DNA from: a virus
Taxonomy: Duplodnaviria > Caudoviricetes
Length of the DNA stretch: 56,778 nucleotides
Reading direction: 5' to 3' (one strand)
Virus record (IMG/VR): IMGVR_UViG_3300025892_000024
Coordinates: 1-56,778 of that record
Positions 47,317 through 55,507 of this stretch are shown one piece after another. A model generated the notes under the pieces. It was not told the origin of the DNA. It was given only the letters and a program-made list of their open reading frames with translations, and ran no database searches. Every line of letters starts with the position of its first letter. Position 1 is the stretch's first letter. The position numbers and the translations under genes were made by a program.

Positions 47317-48042
47317 ATGAGTCGTAAAAATAGACTTGTAAGCAAAAACGCATTCGCCTGCAACATTACGATTGGGCCAACATCGTATGCGGTAGCTGGA
47401 GCCGGCCAATTGTCAGGAGACGAAGCCCTAGCCGCCGTCCAAGCAGAGAATCTTGTGGTCTCTGACGGCACTGGTGGTACAACTGGTACTCCCGGCCTTG
47501 ATTATCCATCAGAAGGGAATCATTTTTCTTCAGAGAACGGACAATTCAAAGACTTAGATGCAACGGCTAAACTTGTTATCGATGGCGGCACTGGATCCAT
47601 CTGCAGAGGCATGTTTTTTACAATCGCCGGAGTTGCTGGCACATATTTAGTGACTTCTGTCACTAACAGTACAGTCTTCAAAGTTTTCATAGCCCCTAGT
47701 GTGACTACAATATATTTCAAGAGGAGTAAATCTGGAAACTTAGCAAGCACCCCTGCTAATGATGCAGCACTTACTTTCGATACAACTTTTAAATTACCCC
47801 CGTTAAGAGTGGACCGAGACATTACAGTTGTGAATAATGATACAACAAATGCAATAGGTATTTATGTCGATGCTACAAAAGAACATGGATTACACGAAGT
47901 AGCTGTTCCATCCTCTAGATTTTCATTGTTTCCTACAGCAACATTAGCATCAAGCGCAGCAATGACATTTGAAATGACTGAACCATCAAACATCTTTGTG
48001 AAGGGCACGAACGACTCTACAATTACAATTTTTGGGAGTTGA
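47317..48042 (+). CDS. Putative vertex/spike protein (241 aa from ATG 47317)
   Basis: GGGGT SD; T/G/S-rich beta protein with a GMFFTIAGV...YLVT...IAP...ANDAALTF insertion. Confidence 0.75.
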   Translation: MSRKNRLVSKNAFACNITIGPTSYAVAGAGQLSGDEALAAVQAENLVVSDGTGGTTGTPGLDYPSEGNHFSSENGQFKDLDATAKLVIDGGTGSICRGMFFTIAGVAGTYLVTSVTNSTVFKVFIAPSVTTIYFKRSKSGNLASTPANDAALTFDTTFKLPPLRVDRDITVVNNDTTNAIGIYVDATKEHGLHEVAVPSSRFSLFPTATLASSAAMTFEMTEPSNIFVKGTNDSTITIFGS

Positions 48043-48580
48043 AGATTTGGCTAAAAAGTATTCTGGTGGCGGAGGCGGAGGAAGTTCTGTCACGGTTTCT
48101 AACGAAGCAAACAACAGAGTAATTACATCTGACGGTTCTGGTGGTTTAGTTGGCGAAGCTAATGCTACTTTTGATGGCACTACTTTGGCTATCACAGGTC
48201 AGTTGACTACGACTGCCGATGTAACTCTAGCCGATGGCGCTGATCTAACCCTGCTTGGTACTGCCGGCTTTTTTAGAGCGCCTAGGTTGAAAATTGTCGC
48301 CCTTACTAGCAGTACATCTTTGTCTGTTGGCAACCATGCTGGTTACTATGTTACGGTAAGTGGCAGCGGAATTGTAATCACTCTACCAAATGGTCCTACT
48401 ACAGGTACACATTTTACTATAATTGCTTCTTCTGCGAACTCATTCACTCTTCGTACTGGCAGTGGGGCGGGAAATGGCGATACAATGAATGGGGGACAAG
48501 GAGACATCACAGTTAGTCAATACAGCTCTGTGACAGCAGTTCAAACATCAACAAACAATTATGTGGTCCTGGGTGTTTGA
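48032..48580 (+). CDS. Fibre/receptor-binding-like protein
   Basis: NEANNRVITSDGSGGLVGEANATFDGTTLAITG and C-terminal ITLP...G-F-I...NG...YSSV pattern, typical of phage fibre proteins. Confidence 0.7.
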   Translation: MGVEDLAKKYSGGGGGGSSVTVSNEANNRVITSDGSGGLVGEANATFDGTTLAITGQLTTTADVTLADGADLTLLGTAGFFRAPRLKIVALTSSTSLSVGNHAGYYVTVSGSGIVITLPNGPTTGTHFTIIASSANSFTLRTGSGAGNGDTMNGGQGDITVSQYSSVTAVQTSTNNYVVLGV

Positions 48581-48581
48581 T

Positions 48582-49070
48582 ATGTATTTCGCCAATCCTG
48601 GAGTTCAAGAAAAGTTTGGTTTGGGTCCACTGAGATTTCGTTTAACGGATGAAGTCAGTGGCAATTCCCAAAGAAAATCTAGTAGGGAATACACTGATTT
48701 TCCCTTTGATTTCTTGGTTACACTTCAAATCGGCGATGCTACAGCCGGCAGCTCATTTACCACCTCTGCCGGCGACATAGATTTAAAAATATATCGAGAA
48801 CCATCTGGAAATGATACCGGCTTGACCTATTCGTGGTCAATGTCGTCCTCTGGACTCAAGGGCGGTGGAGGCAGTACTGTAGTCTCTGGAGGGGCAACCA
48901 ACGCCGGCACTTTCCAACCCATATTAACAATCACATGTAGCAGTGCTGAGGGCGGGGAAGTCACGCAAGATTTCTTAACTACGTGCACAGTAACTGAAAC
49001 AAAGGGCAGTGGTCGTACAAGTTCAATAGCGTATGTGATTATGGTCCGGGTTCGTACTATTTTCGAATGA
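48582..49070 (+). CDS. Ser/Thr/Gly-rich Ig-like putative virion protein (start ATG 48582)
   Basis: GGGTG SD; LTYSWS...TCTVTE pattern. Confidence 0.7.
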   Translation: MYFANPGVQEKFGLGPLRFRLTDEVSGNSQRKSSREYTDFPFDFLVTLQIGDATAGSSFTTSAGDIDLKIYREPSGNDTGLTYSWSMSSSGLKGGGGSTVVSGGATNAGTFQPILTITCSSAEGGEVTQDFLTTCTVTETKGSGRTSSIAYVIMVRVRTIFE

Positions 49071-49079
49071 TGGGTTGAT

Positions 49080-49520
49080 TTGATGCTAAGAGGACTAAAA
49101 AAATCGATTCCGCAGTTGATGAAAACATACAGGAATCAATTCCCTGGTTTGACCGTCGAAATTGTGGAGCGATTTAATAATACATTTAACTGTATAGCTT
49201 TTACAATTGGTGAAGAAAAGCGTTGGGTATGGACAGAGATAGATCTTGACTACGATGGCACTTCTTCCTTTTCTGAATTTATCGTTTTTTATCACAAGCA
49301 TGGGTTCGTCCCAACAAATAGCGAAGCAGATGCAGATGTAGCAATTTTTGGCTTTAATGTAAACGGTCATATTGATGTAAAACATGGTGCTAGAAGGGAA
49401 ACAGGAAGCAACTTTTGGTTATCCAAAATGGGCCAAGGTGGAGTGATTAGACATGCTGACCTATATGCTTTTGACAACAGCCCTTATGGTAGCCTGCTTC
49501 TTATGTTCAGAAAGGTTTGA
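49080..49520 (+). CDS. Papain/NlpC-P60-like Cys-His domain protein, candidate protease
   Basis: FNCIAF (Cys), VAIFG, KHGA (His), WLSKMG, IRH, PYG. Confidence 0.6.
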   Translation: MMLRGLKKSIPQLMKTYRNQFPGLTVEIVERFNNTFNCIAFTIGEEKRWVWTEIDLDYDGTSSFSEFIVFYHKHGFVPTNSEADADVAIFGFNVNGHIDVKHGARRETGSNFWLSKMGQGGVIRHADLYAFDNSPYGSLLLMFRKV

Positions 49521-49524
49521 TATT

Positions 49525-49644
49525 ATGCAACTTTGCCATAATTGTAAGAAAGAACTGCAAATCATCGAACATGTAGGCGTGGGCTATACGGAAATCTGTG
49601 CTGTTTGCAAGACACATAGACTTATTTTAATCGAAGTCTCGTAA
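49525..49644 (+). CDS. Small Zn-finger protein (39 aa)
   Basis: CHNC...CAVC; AGGT SD. Confidence 0.55.
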   Translation: MQLCHNCKKELQIIEHVGVGYTEICAVCKTHRLILIEVS

Positions 49645-50559
49645 TTCTAAATTTGGCTTTTGTGTTTCAGCTACATTACATGCTTTACAACCAGTCTTTG
49701 GCACATTCCATGTCTCATGCAAAATAAATTCAATTGGTTCTTTACAATTGCATTTTTTGTCTAACTCGTAACCTCTGATAAAAGTTAAGAATTCTTGAAT
49801 TGCAAGTTTTTTGACTTTTACCCCTTCAAGGGGGGGTGTTTGGGTAAAGAAATTACAAAAAGTGAATCTACCCTCTCGCATTGAACCTAGGAAGTGGCAG
49901 TCTTCAAGGGAATAGAGTTCTATTGCCACTTTTGCATTCATCCACACGTGTTCGATGCCCTTTCTTAAAATGAAAAGCTCATTTGCTAAAACACTTGCAA
50001 TATCCTTGCGAATAACCATTACTGGCGTGTTGAAATTCCTGTATTTACGGTAAATCCCCTTTTTATCTCTATGAGCCGGCCTCTGCACATTACACCACCC
50101 CATCACATAATTTGAAGGAGCCTTCACTACCTCTGCTGTATCATAAATATCTGATACTCTAAATGGATCCATTCTTTGAAAATTGTGCTCAAGGACCTTC
50201 TTCCACGCAGGTTCTTCAACCGATTCTAAACAAGAAAAACACTTTGGGCAGAGGTCATAGGAATGGTATGTTATACCCATTTTATCTAACAGCTGACCTT
50301 TTTCCGATATTGATACAACCCCGCTTAATCCTGGGCGAAACCCAAATGTGGTAATGTCCCAGTGTGACCCCATGTCTTCTCCACACATAGTTTTGGTCGA
50401 ATCTGGATAATTTGATATGTGGTATTGTTTGTTACTTTGTAATATCCTTTTTCCGGCCTTATTTTTGAATAAGTAGGGTATTTTTTCAAACATCTCATGC
50501 AACTCCATGCAACAAGGCGCAACAAGGTGCGAACTATATATGCGTAGTATCTGCCTCAA
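49627..50559 (-). CDS. Cys-rich hypothetical protein (true start probably an internal ATG near 50500)
   Basis: Long ORF; H...C...CPKC and CNC...CKAC motifs. Confidence 0.75.
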   Translation of the reverse strand: MRQILRIYSSHLVAPCCMELHEMFEKIPYLFKNKAGKRILQSNKQYHISNYPDSTKTMCGEDMGSHWDITTFGFRPGLSGVVSISEKGQLLDKMGITYHSYDLCPKCFSCLESVEEPAWKKVLEHNFQRMDPFRVSDIYDTAEVVKAPSNYVMGWCNVQRPAHRDKKGIYRKYRNFNTPVMVIRKDIASVLANELFILRKGIEHVWMNAKVAIELYSLEDCHFLGSMREGRFTFCNFFTQTPPLEGVKVKKLAIQEFLTFIRGYELDKKCNCKEPIEFILHETWNVPKTGCKACNVAETQKPNLELRDFD

Positions 50560-50846
50560 ATAATACCTTCTATGTAAATTATGCGTTTTATGTAAAGAAA
50601 TTATAATTACAATAAAAAATACATTGTATAGAGTATGTGGGTCATAAAAATAATATAAAATGCTACATTTTTTACATGAACCCTATGGCTATTGGTTGCG
50701 GTACAGGTGCTTTGTTATGAACGGGGGAGTGCCTCTTGGGTTTTATTACAAATGGGGCTAGGGAGTGGGTTCTCCATTTAGCATGGAGTGTAATTTTTAT
50801 GTCCATAATGAACAGGCTTAAAGGGATAAGTCCCATGAATTGTTTT
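50560..50846. promoter_or_regulatory. AT-rich divergent intergenic region upstream of the recombinase (promoters; possible recombination site or origin)
   Basis: Longest AT-rich non-coding stretch in the window; TATGTAAA twice (50571, 50589) with inverted TTTACAT at 50671; GGGA-TAAG-TCCC inverted repeat at 50823-50834. Confidence 0.45.
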
Positions 50847-51671
50847 ATGAGGGCTGTCATTTATACAAGAGTGTCTACTTCGGACCAAGCTCAAGATGGA
50901 CATTCATTGGATGAACAACACAGGCAATGCATACAATTAATTGAATTACATGGGCATGATGTTGTAAATTCTTACTATGATGTGGGTTCAGGTAGTACCT
51001 TTGAACATAGGCCGAATTATCAAACAATGGTTAACAACATGAAATCTGAATGGGATATTGTGTATGTTTGGAAGTTAGATCGTCTTAATAGAAATCTTCG
51101 GAACCAGGTTCAATTTTTCGATTCAGTGGGCAAGAATGATTGCTATGTGGCTAGTGTCACAGAGCAAGTTGATACCAGCACTCCATATGGCCGATTTATA
51201 ATGAATGTGATGTCCTCATTAGCACAAATGGAGCGTGAACAAATTAGTGAACGTGTGATTATGGGCCAGGGTGCTGCTAGAAATATTGGCCGCTATATTG
51301 GCGGTGCTCCATATGGGTACAATATCCCAGTTGAGTATGACGACAACGGTAACAGGACAAACAAAGGTCAACTAATAGTAAATGATGAAGAAGCGGCAGT
51401 AGTACGGCTTATTTTTGATAAAATATTAGAGGGTTCAACTGTCGCACAAATATGTAATTTCCTCGTTGAATCGAGTATTAGGACAAGGAAAAACAATGTA
51501 ATCTGGTCTTATGGGACTGTGACTAACATAATTAATAGGAGGCACTTATACATCTTTGGAAAAGAAAAACCAGATGAGGAATCCAAGTGGGAACCAATAT
51601 TATTTTTAACGGTTGATGAAGCTAATGATATTGAATCTCGACTTAACGGTACGATACAGGAGGAAGAGTGA
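50847..51671 (+). CDS. Serine recombinase (resolvase catalytic domain plus recombinase domain), 274 aa
   Basis: MRAVIYTRVSTSDQ, D-GSG, RP, VWKLDRLNRN, DTSTPYGRF...AQMEREQISER, G-APYGY, EAAVVRLIF, W...V. Confidence 0.95.
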   Translation: MRAVIYTRVSTSDQAQDGHSLDEQHRQCIQLIELHGHDVVNSYYDVGSGSTFEHRPNYQTMVNNMKSEWDIVYVWKLDRLNRNLRNQVQFFDSVGKNDCYVASVTEQVDTSTPYGRFIMNVMSSLAQMEREQISERVIMGQGAARNIGRYIGGAPYGYNIPVEYDDNGNRTNKGQLIVNDEEAAVVRLIFDKILEGSTVAQICNFLVESSIRTRKNNVIWSYGTVTNIINRRHLYIFGKEKPDEESKWEPILFLTVDEANDIESRLNGTIQEEE

Positions 51672-51853
51672 TGATTGGAACTAAGTGGCAAAATAATTAC
51701 ACAAAACAAGTTGCAAAAATATTGTCAGAACCTATTATCGGAGTGTTTGAATTACTTTATGAAGAAAGAGAAGGACTTCCTGAATATTATCAAAATTCTC
51801 ATCGATGGGCGGTGCACGAGCTAAATAGGCATTGGAGGAGAATAAATGATTGA
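51668..51853 (+). CDS. Hypothetical protein (61 aa)
   Basis: GGAGG SD, GTGA overlap. Confidence 0.6.
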   Translation: MMIGTKWQNNYTKQVAKILSEPIIGVFELLYEEREGLPEYYQNSHRWAVHELNRHWRRIND

Positions 51854-51998
51854 AATAATTGTTGGATTACTGTTTTGTTCCTTTCTGTATTTGCTAGGCC
51901 GTGTTTTATATCCCGATTCTTCTGTTCCTCAGCCACATAAAATGTTGATTAACTATGGAGAGGCCGTTGGTATGGTGTATGGGGGGGAAGAAGAGTGA
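51846..51998 (+). CDS. Small membrane protein (50 aa, MIEIIVGLLFCSFLYLLG...)
   Basis: Own translation; GGAGG SD; fills the gap and overlaps both neighbours. Confidence 0.55.
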   Translation: MIEIIVGLLFCSFLYLLGRVLYPDSSVPQPHKMLINYGEAVGMVYGGEEE

Positions 51999-52231
51999 GA
52001 CACATTTCAATAATCGCAGGGGCGGTTGTTGGTTTTATTTCTTTGATATGGGCGGCTACAAGTATGAATTTTTCGGAATCGTTTGGCTTGAGTTTGATTG
52101 TAGGCACTGCCGTTGAATGGCTAGTGGCATTTTTTACAAAGAAAGATCTCGCAATTACGACAGAAGACCTTAAGCAACAAGCAATGCGAATATCTCAAAC
52201 TTTAAGAGAACTACAGGGGGAAAACAAATGA
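51995..52231 (+). CDS. Two-TM membrane protein (78 aa)
   Basis: G-rich SD, GTGA overlap, hydrophobic segments. Confidence 0.7.
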   Translation: MRHISIIAGAVVGFISLIWAATSMNFSESFGLSLIVGTAVEWLVAFFTKKDLAITTEDLKQQAMRISQTLRELQGENK

Positions 52232-52665
52232 CAGCTTTCTATGCCATCAACCTGACTCTTTTAGGCCTTGATTACAAAACTAGTTCAAATGTCAAACATG
52301 ACTTAGAAGAAAAAATAAAACAATTTGATTCATACACAGCAAAAGTAATTCTGATGCCAATGCAAGCTCTAGGTGCATGCCATGGTCCTTTTGAAACATT
52401 AGAGAAAGCACAGAAAATGGCAGCGAATGATTTGGATGAAAACGATACTGACTATTTCAAAATCAAATGGTGTTTTGTCGAATGTGAAATGAAAGATACT
52501 TTTTTTGAGTCGATTCCTATACCAACCAAGTATTATGTTTGTACAAAAAAAGCGTGTGAAGGATTTCAAAGATTCAAGGGGTCTTGCGGTTTGTGCAAAA
52601 GTAAAGGAATGGACTTAGTTCCTACCTATGAAGTGAGAGATTGGGATAGGAAAATGGGGGTATAA
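52228..52665 (+). CDS. Hypothetical protein with C-terminal Zn finger
   Basis: CTKKAC...CGLC; ATGA overlap. Confidence 0.75.
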   Translation: MTAFYAINLTLLGLDYKTSSNVKHDLEEKIKQFDSYTAKVILMPMQALGACHGPFETLEKAQKMAANDLDENDTDYFKIKWCFVECEMKDTFFESIPIPTKYYVCTKKACEGFQRFKGSCGLCKSKGMDLVPTYEVRDWDRKMGV

Positions 52666-52666
52666 A

Positions 52667-52846
52667 ATGTTAAACACACTGGAAAACAGATTCAAAAAAA
52701 CCTTTGCTAGAATTGGACTTTTGACAATCGGCGCTGGATTTTACATCAATAGCATTCCATTTGCAGTAATGGGGTTTGTAATCTCTGGAATTTATGGATT
52801 CGATAAATATCAAGAATGGAAAAGTGAACAGGAGAGGGAACTATGA
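52667..52846 (+). CDS. Small two-TM protein (59 aa, MLNTLENRFKKTFARIGLL...)
   Basis: Own translation; GGGGGT SD; ATGA overlap with the next gene. Confidence 0.6.
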   Translation: MLNTLENRFKKTFARIGLLTIGAGFYINSIPFAVMGFVISGIYGFDKYQEWKSEQEREL

Positions 52847-53442
52847 GTGAGAAAACTACACAAGACCAAAAAGCAACAATAAAAGATAACCTGGAGTTCC
52901 AGCTTGCTTTACAAAGAGCAAATGAAGAAACCACTATCCATTACAAAGATAGGATTGAGAAGCTAACCAAAATGCATCAGCACGAATTACAAAACTTGCT
53001 GACCGCCCAGGTTTCATACAAGAAGCCGAAGTTATGGGATCGTCTTAGGGGCAAATATAAGGACATATACATTTTATTCAATAATCGAATGCCTTTGCGG
53101 TGCGGCCATTGTGGTGAAAAAACAAAAGAGGGGGTCAATGGTGGTATAGAAGAAGTATGCTTGGACTATGAAAGTGCACTAGAATTATGCGATGAGTTTT
53201 TTGAAAAATGGCGTGACTTTTCAGGATATAGTTTTGTATCGTTGAGGATTGTACACATTCAAGTCGAAAGAAAAGACAGCAGGCGAGGTGCATTTGTTAG
53301 GGATATTACTCTTGACAGGAAAGACTGGAACCCCGATGTAAAGAAAAAGACCCGTAAGGAATTACAAAAGATTACCGCAGACAAATTAGTTGTTGATTCA
53401 TTGATGTCAATGAGGCCTCGGAGAGGTCGGAATGGCCGTTGA
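52843..53442 (+). CDS. Hypothetical protein (199 aa) with coiled-coil N-terminus and CGHC
   Basis: Translation; GGAGAGG SD. Confidence 0.75.
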   Translation: MSEKTTQDQKATIKDNLEFQLALQRANEETTIHYKDRIEKLTKMHQHELQNLLTAQVSYKKPKLWDRLRGKYKDIYILFNNRMPLRCGHCGEKTKEGVNGGIEEVCLDYESALELCDEFFEKWRDFSGYSFVSLRIVHIQVERKDSRRGAFVRDITLDRKDWNPDVKKKTRKELQKITADKLVVDSLMSMRPRRGRNGR

Positions 53443-53629
53443 AGTGTGTATATTATGCAATAGGCGATACCGTAAAAAGCCACAAAGTACATCAATGTCT
53501 ATTTGCTCTAAATGTAGGATGAAAGGGCCTTCGGAAGAATACCGGTGCATAGCCAATAACATAAAGGGTGTAAGGTGCGGTCACTGGAGATTAAACGGAA
53601 AAAAAACTTGTGTGTGGCACCAGGAGTGA
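53432..53629 (+). CDS. Double Zn-finger protein (65 aa)
   Basis: CILC...CSKC and C...C...CVWH; GAGGT SD. Confidence 0.75.
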   Translation: MAVEVCILCNRRYRKKPQSTSMSICSKCRMKGPSEEYRCIANNIKGVRCGHWRLNGKKTCVWHQE

Positions 53630-53794
53630 TTAGTTTCCTTCCGCATAGATCATGCCTACATTAGCAATACTGTATCCCAAGAAAGCTAGTGCAAGACCCT
53701 TTCGACCTTCCCTTGCGTGAAAAGCAGTTACTCCTAAGTACGTGAAGGTGACTGCTAAAGTTAACTTTTGCGAACCACTAAGCTGATTGAACAT
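53630..53794 (-). CDS. Small two-TM protein (54 aa, ...LAFLGYSIANVG...)
   Basis: Own translation MFNQLSGSQKLTLAVTFTYLGVTAFHAREGRKGLALAFLGYSIANVGMIYAEGN; abuts the convergent gene. Confidence 0.6.
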   Translation of the reverse strand: MFNQLSGSQKLTLAVTFTYLGVTAFHAREGRKGLALAFLGYSIANVGMIYAEGN

Positions 53795-53798
53795 TAAA

Positions 53799-54089
53799 TC
53801 AACTCATAGACCAAAACAAACCGACAACTAGGGTTATGGCAGATTCAATCAATCGCCTGTTCCTTTTTTCTCGTGCTAGGTAAGCCGAATATGCGGTTAA
53901 TCCAGTTGCACCTAGAGTTATCGTAAACTTTTTTTTATCGACCTTTCCTGTTTGCCCTAACTTGCCGGTAGAACCTAGGTTCACTAACTGGCTTCTAATC
54001 GATGGTTCAGGTGCAGGTGGGTGTGATACGAAATTGAAATCAACATTCCCATCTCTTACTGGTATGTTTTGGACTCCAAATTCATTCAT
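53799..54089 (-). CDS. Small membrane protein with LGSTG/LGQTG/LGATG motifs (ATG 54089)
   Basis: AGGTGA SD before ATG 54089; two hydrophobic segments. Confidence 0.75.
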   Translation of the reverse strand: MNEFGVQNIPVRDGNVDFNFVSHPPAPEPSIRSQLVNLGSTGKLGQTGKVDKKKFTITLGATGLTAYSAYLAREKRNRRLIESAITLVVGLFWSMS

Positions 54090-54099
54090 GAGACTCACC

Positions 54100-54477
54100 T
54101 TAGCTTTGTATTTGGTATCTTACAGGTGAGAGGGAGAAGGCACCAGCAATCCCGCCGAGTGCCAACAATGCTGCGTTCCTCTTCTGATTTTCATTTATCG
54201 TCTCGTTGCCAATCAACGACTTTTGAAGTTGAATTCCACTATACCCTAACATTGCAATTGAAGCAATACCTGTCAAAACTGCGAGTGCATTTGAAACGGG
54301 AGTTCCACTGTTAGGAAAATCAGCATGAGGCATACCGTGTTGATACACAGGAACAATTTTTCTTTCTCCGGTATCCACATCTGTAACAGTTTTGTAAAAT
54401 GATGTGCCCATTCTGCGTTCGTCACGCTTGGCTTGTCTAATTATTTCTTTTGCACGTCTCAACTTCATAACAATCAC
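54100..54477 (-). CDS. Membrane protein with basic N-terminus, 2 TM
   Basis: Translation. Confidence 0.75.
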   Translation of the reverse strand: MIVMKLRRAKEIIRQAKRDERRMGTSFYKTVTDVDTGERKIVPVYQHGMPHADFPNSGTPVSNALAVLTGIASIAMLGYSGIQLQKSLIGNETINENQKRNAALLALGGIAGAFSLSPVRYQIQS

Positions 54478-54480
54478 TCA

Positions 54481-54762
54481 CTATAACTTCCCATAAACTC
54501 CGAATGCTGCCGCAACAAATACCATGAATCCTAATACAACTACCATCAAGGAATCTGCGCTCAAGTCGTTACCTGCTGTAACTATCAAAAACAATCCTAC
54601 AATGAAACATGCAATCATCTGAATGACAATCACATGTTTCATCAAAGACTTTCGAGGATTAAACCATTCATTCATCAGCGTGTATACTGACAAATCCTCT
54701 TGCTTCTGGTTATTTCCTATGCGATCTAAAATGACTCCAATATCTTCAACTTCTTCACTCAT
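54481..54762 (-). CDS. Two-TM membrane protein (93 aa)
   Basis: AGGTGA SD; two long hydrophobic helices. Confidence 0.8.
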   Translation of the reverse strand: MSEEVEDIGVILDRIGNNQKQEDLSVYTLMNEWFNPRKSLMKHVIVIQMIACFIVGLFLIVTAGNDLSADSLMVVVLGFMVFVAAAFGVYGKL

Positions 54763-54766
54763 CTAA

Positions 54767-55507
54767 TCACCTTCCTGGTGGTGGCGGAGGATTATTGTTC
54801 AATGGGGGTATCGGCATCCCAACTGAGCGTGCAGTGAAGTTGACAAGCTTAGCCAATCCTCCTCCTCCCTGCTTTGCTCCCGTAGCTTCGTCTATCAAAC
54901 TACTCAATCCGGTAGACTGCGCTTTCAACTGCGCCGCTTGTCGGTGGCTTTGGATAGTTGCTTCTGAATTTGCCAGCATTTCTGCACGCAGTAAATCGGT
55001 GATTCTTGACATTTCAGTTTGAACCTCTGCAGATGTAAACTGTGCTAGTTTCTTTCCCGCCTCAGTTGTTTGTTCCAGTGCCGGCGTGATGAACATATTT
55101 TGTGCTTCATCTTGCATAACTTGAAGTTTGAAGTTTTTGAAGAAGTTTACCATTTTGTAATCAAACAAAGTGGAAAACAATTGTGTCAAAATGAGTAGTC
55201 CTTTTTCAGAAGCCAAGAACTTTGCGACAGGTGCTTGAGCTTTCAATAAATCCGATATAATGTCAACCTCTGTCGGGTTTCCACTGTAATATCCCATTTG
55301 TTGATACATCATCGACGCAGTTTGCATCGATTGTTCCGGTGAGCCCCAAGGAACATTCTGTTGCTGGCCTTGGTTCGGCCAGCCATTACTTGCTTGTGGT
55401 GCAGCATTCATGTAAACATTGTTGTAATTTGATGGTTGTTGACTTGCCATTGGTGCAGGTCCAGAATTTGCTAAAAAATCGTCCATATTTCTCTCCGCCC
55501 TTGTCAC
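54767..55507 (-). CDS. Gln/Pro-rich low-complexity plus helical protein (246 aa)
   Basis: Q/N/P-rich N-terminus, poly-Pro C-terminus; GTGA overlap. Confidence 0.8.
   Translation of the reverse strand: MTRAERNMDDFLANSGPAPMASQQPSNYNNVYMNAAPQASNGWPNQGQQQNVPWGSPEQSMQTASMMYQQMGYYSGNPTEVDIISDLLKAQAPVAKFLASEKGLLILTQLFSTLFDYKMVNFFKNFKLQVMQDEAQNMFITPALEQTTEAGKKLAQFTSAEVQTEMSRITDLLRAEMLANSEATIQSHRQAAQLKAQSTGLSSLIDEATGAKQGGGGLAKLVNFTARSVGMPIPPLNNNPPPPPGR

Noticed and set aside
50736-50846. 37-aa N-terminal extension of the recombinase, and opposite-strand ORF 50672..50860
   Set aside because: Serine recombinases begin at the M-R-A-x-x-Y-x-R-V-S strand (50847); the antisense ORF has no motif or SD support
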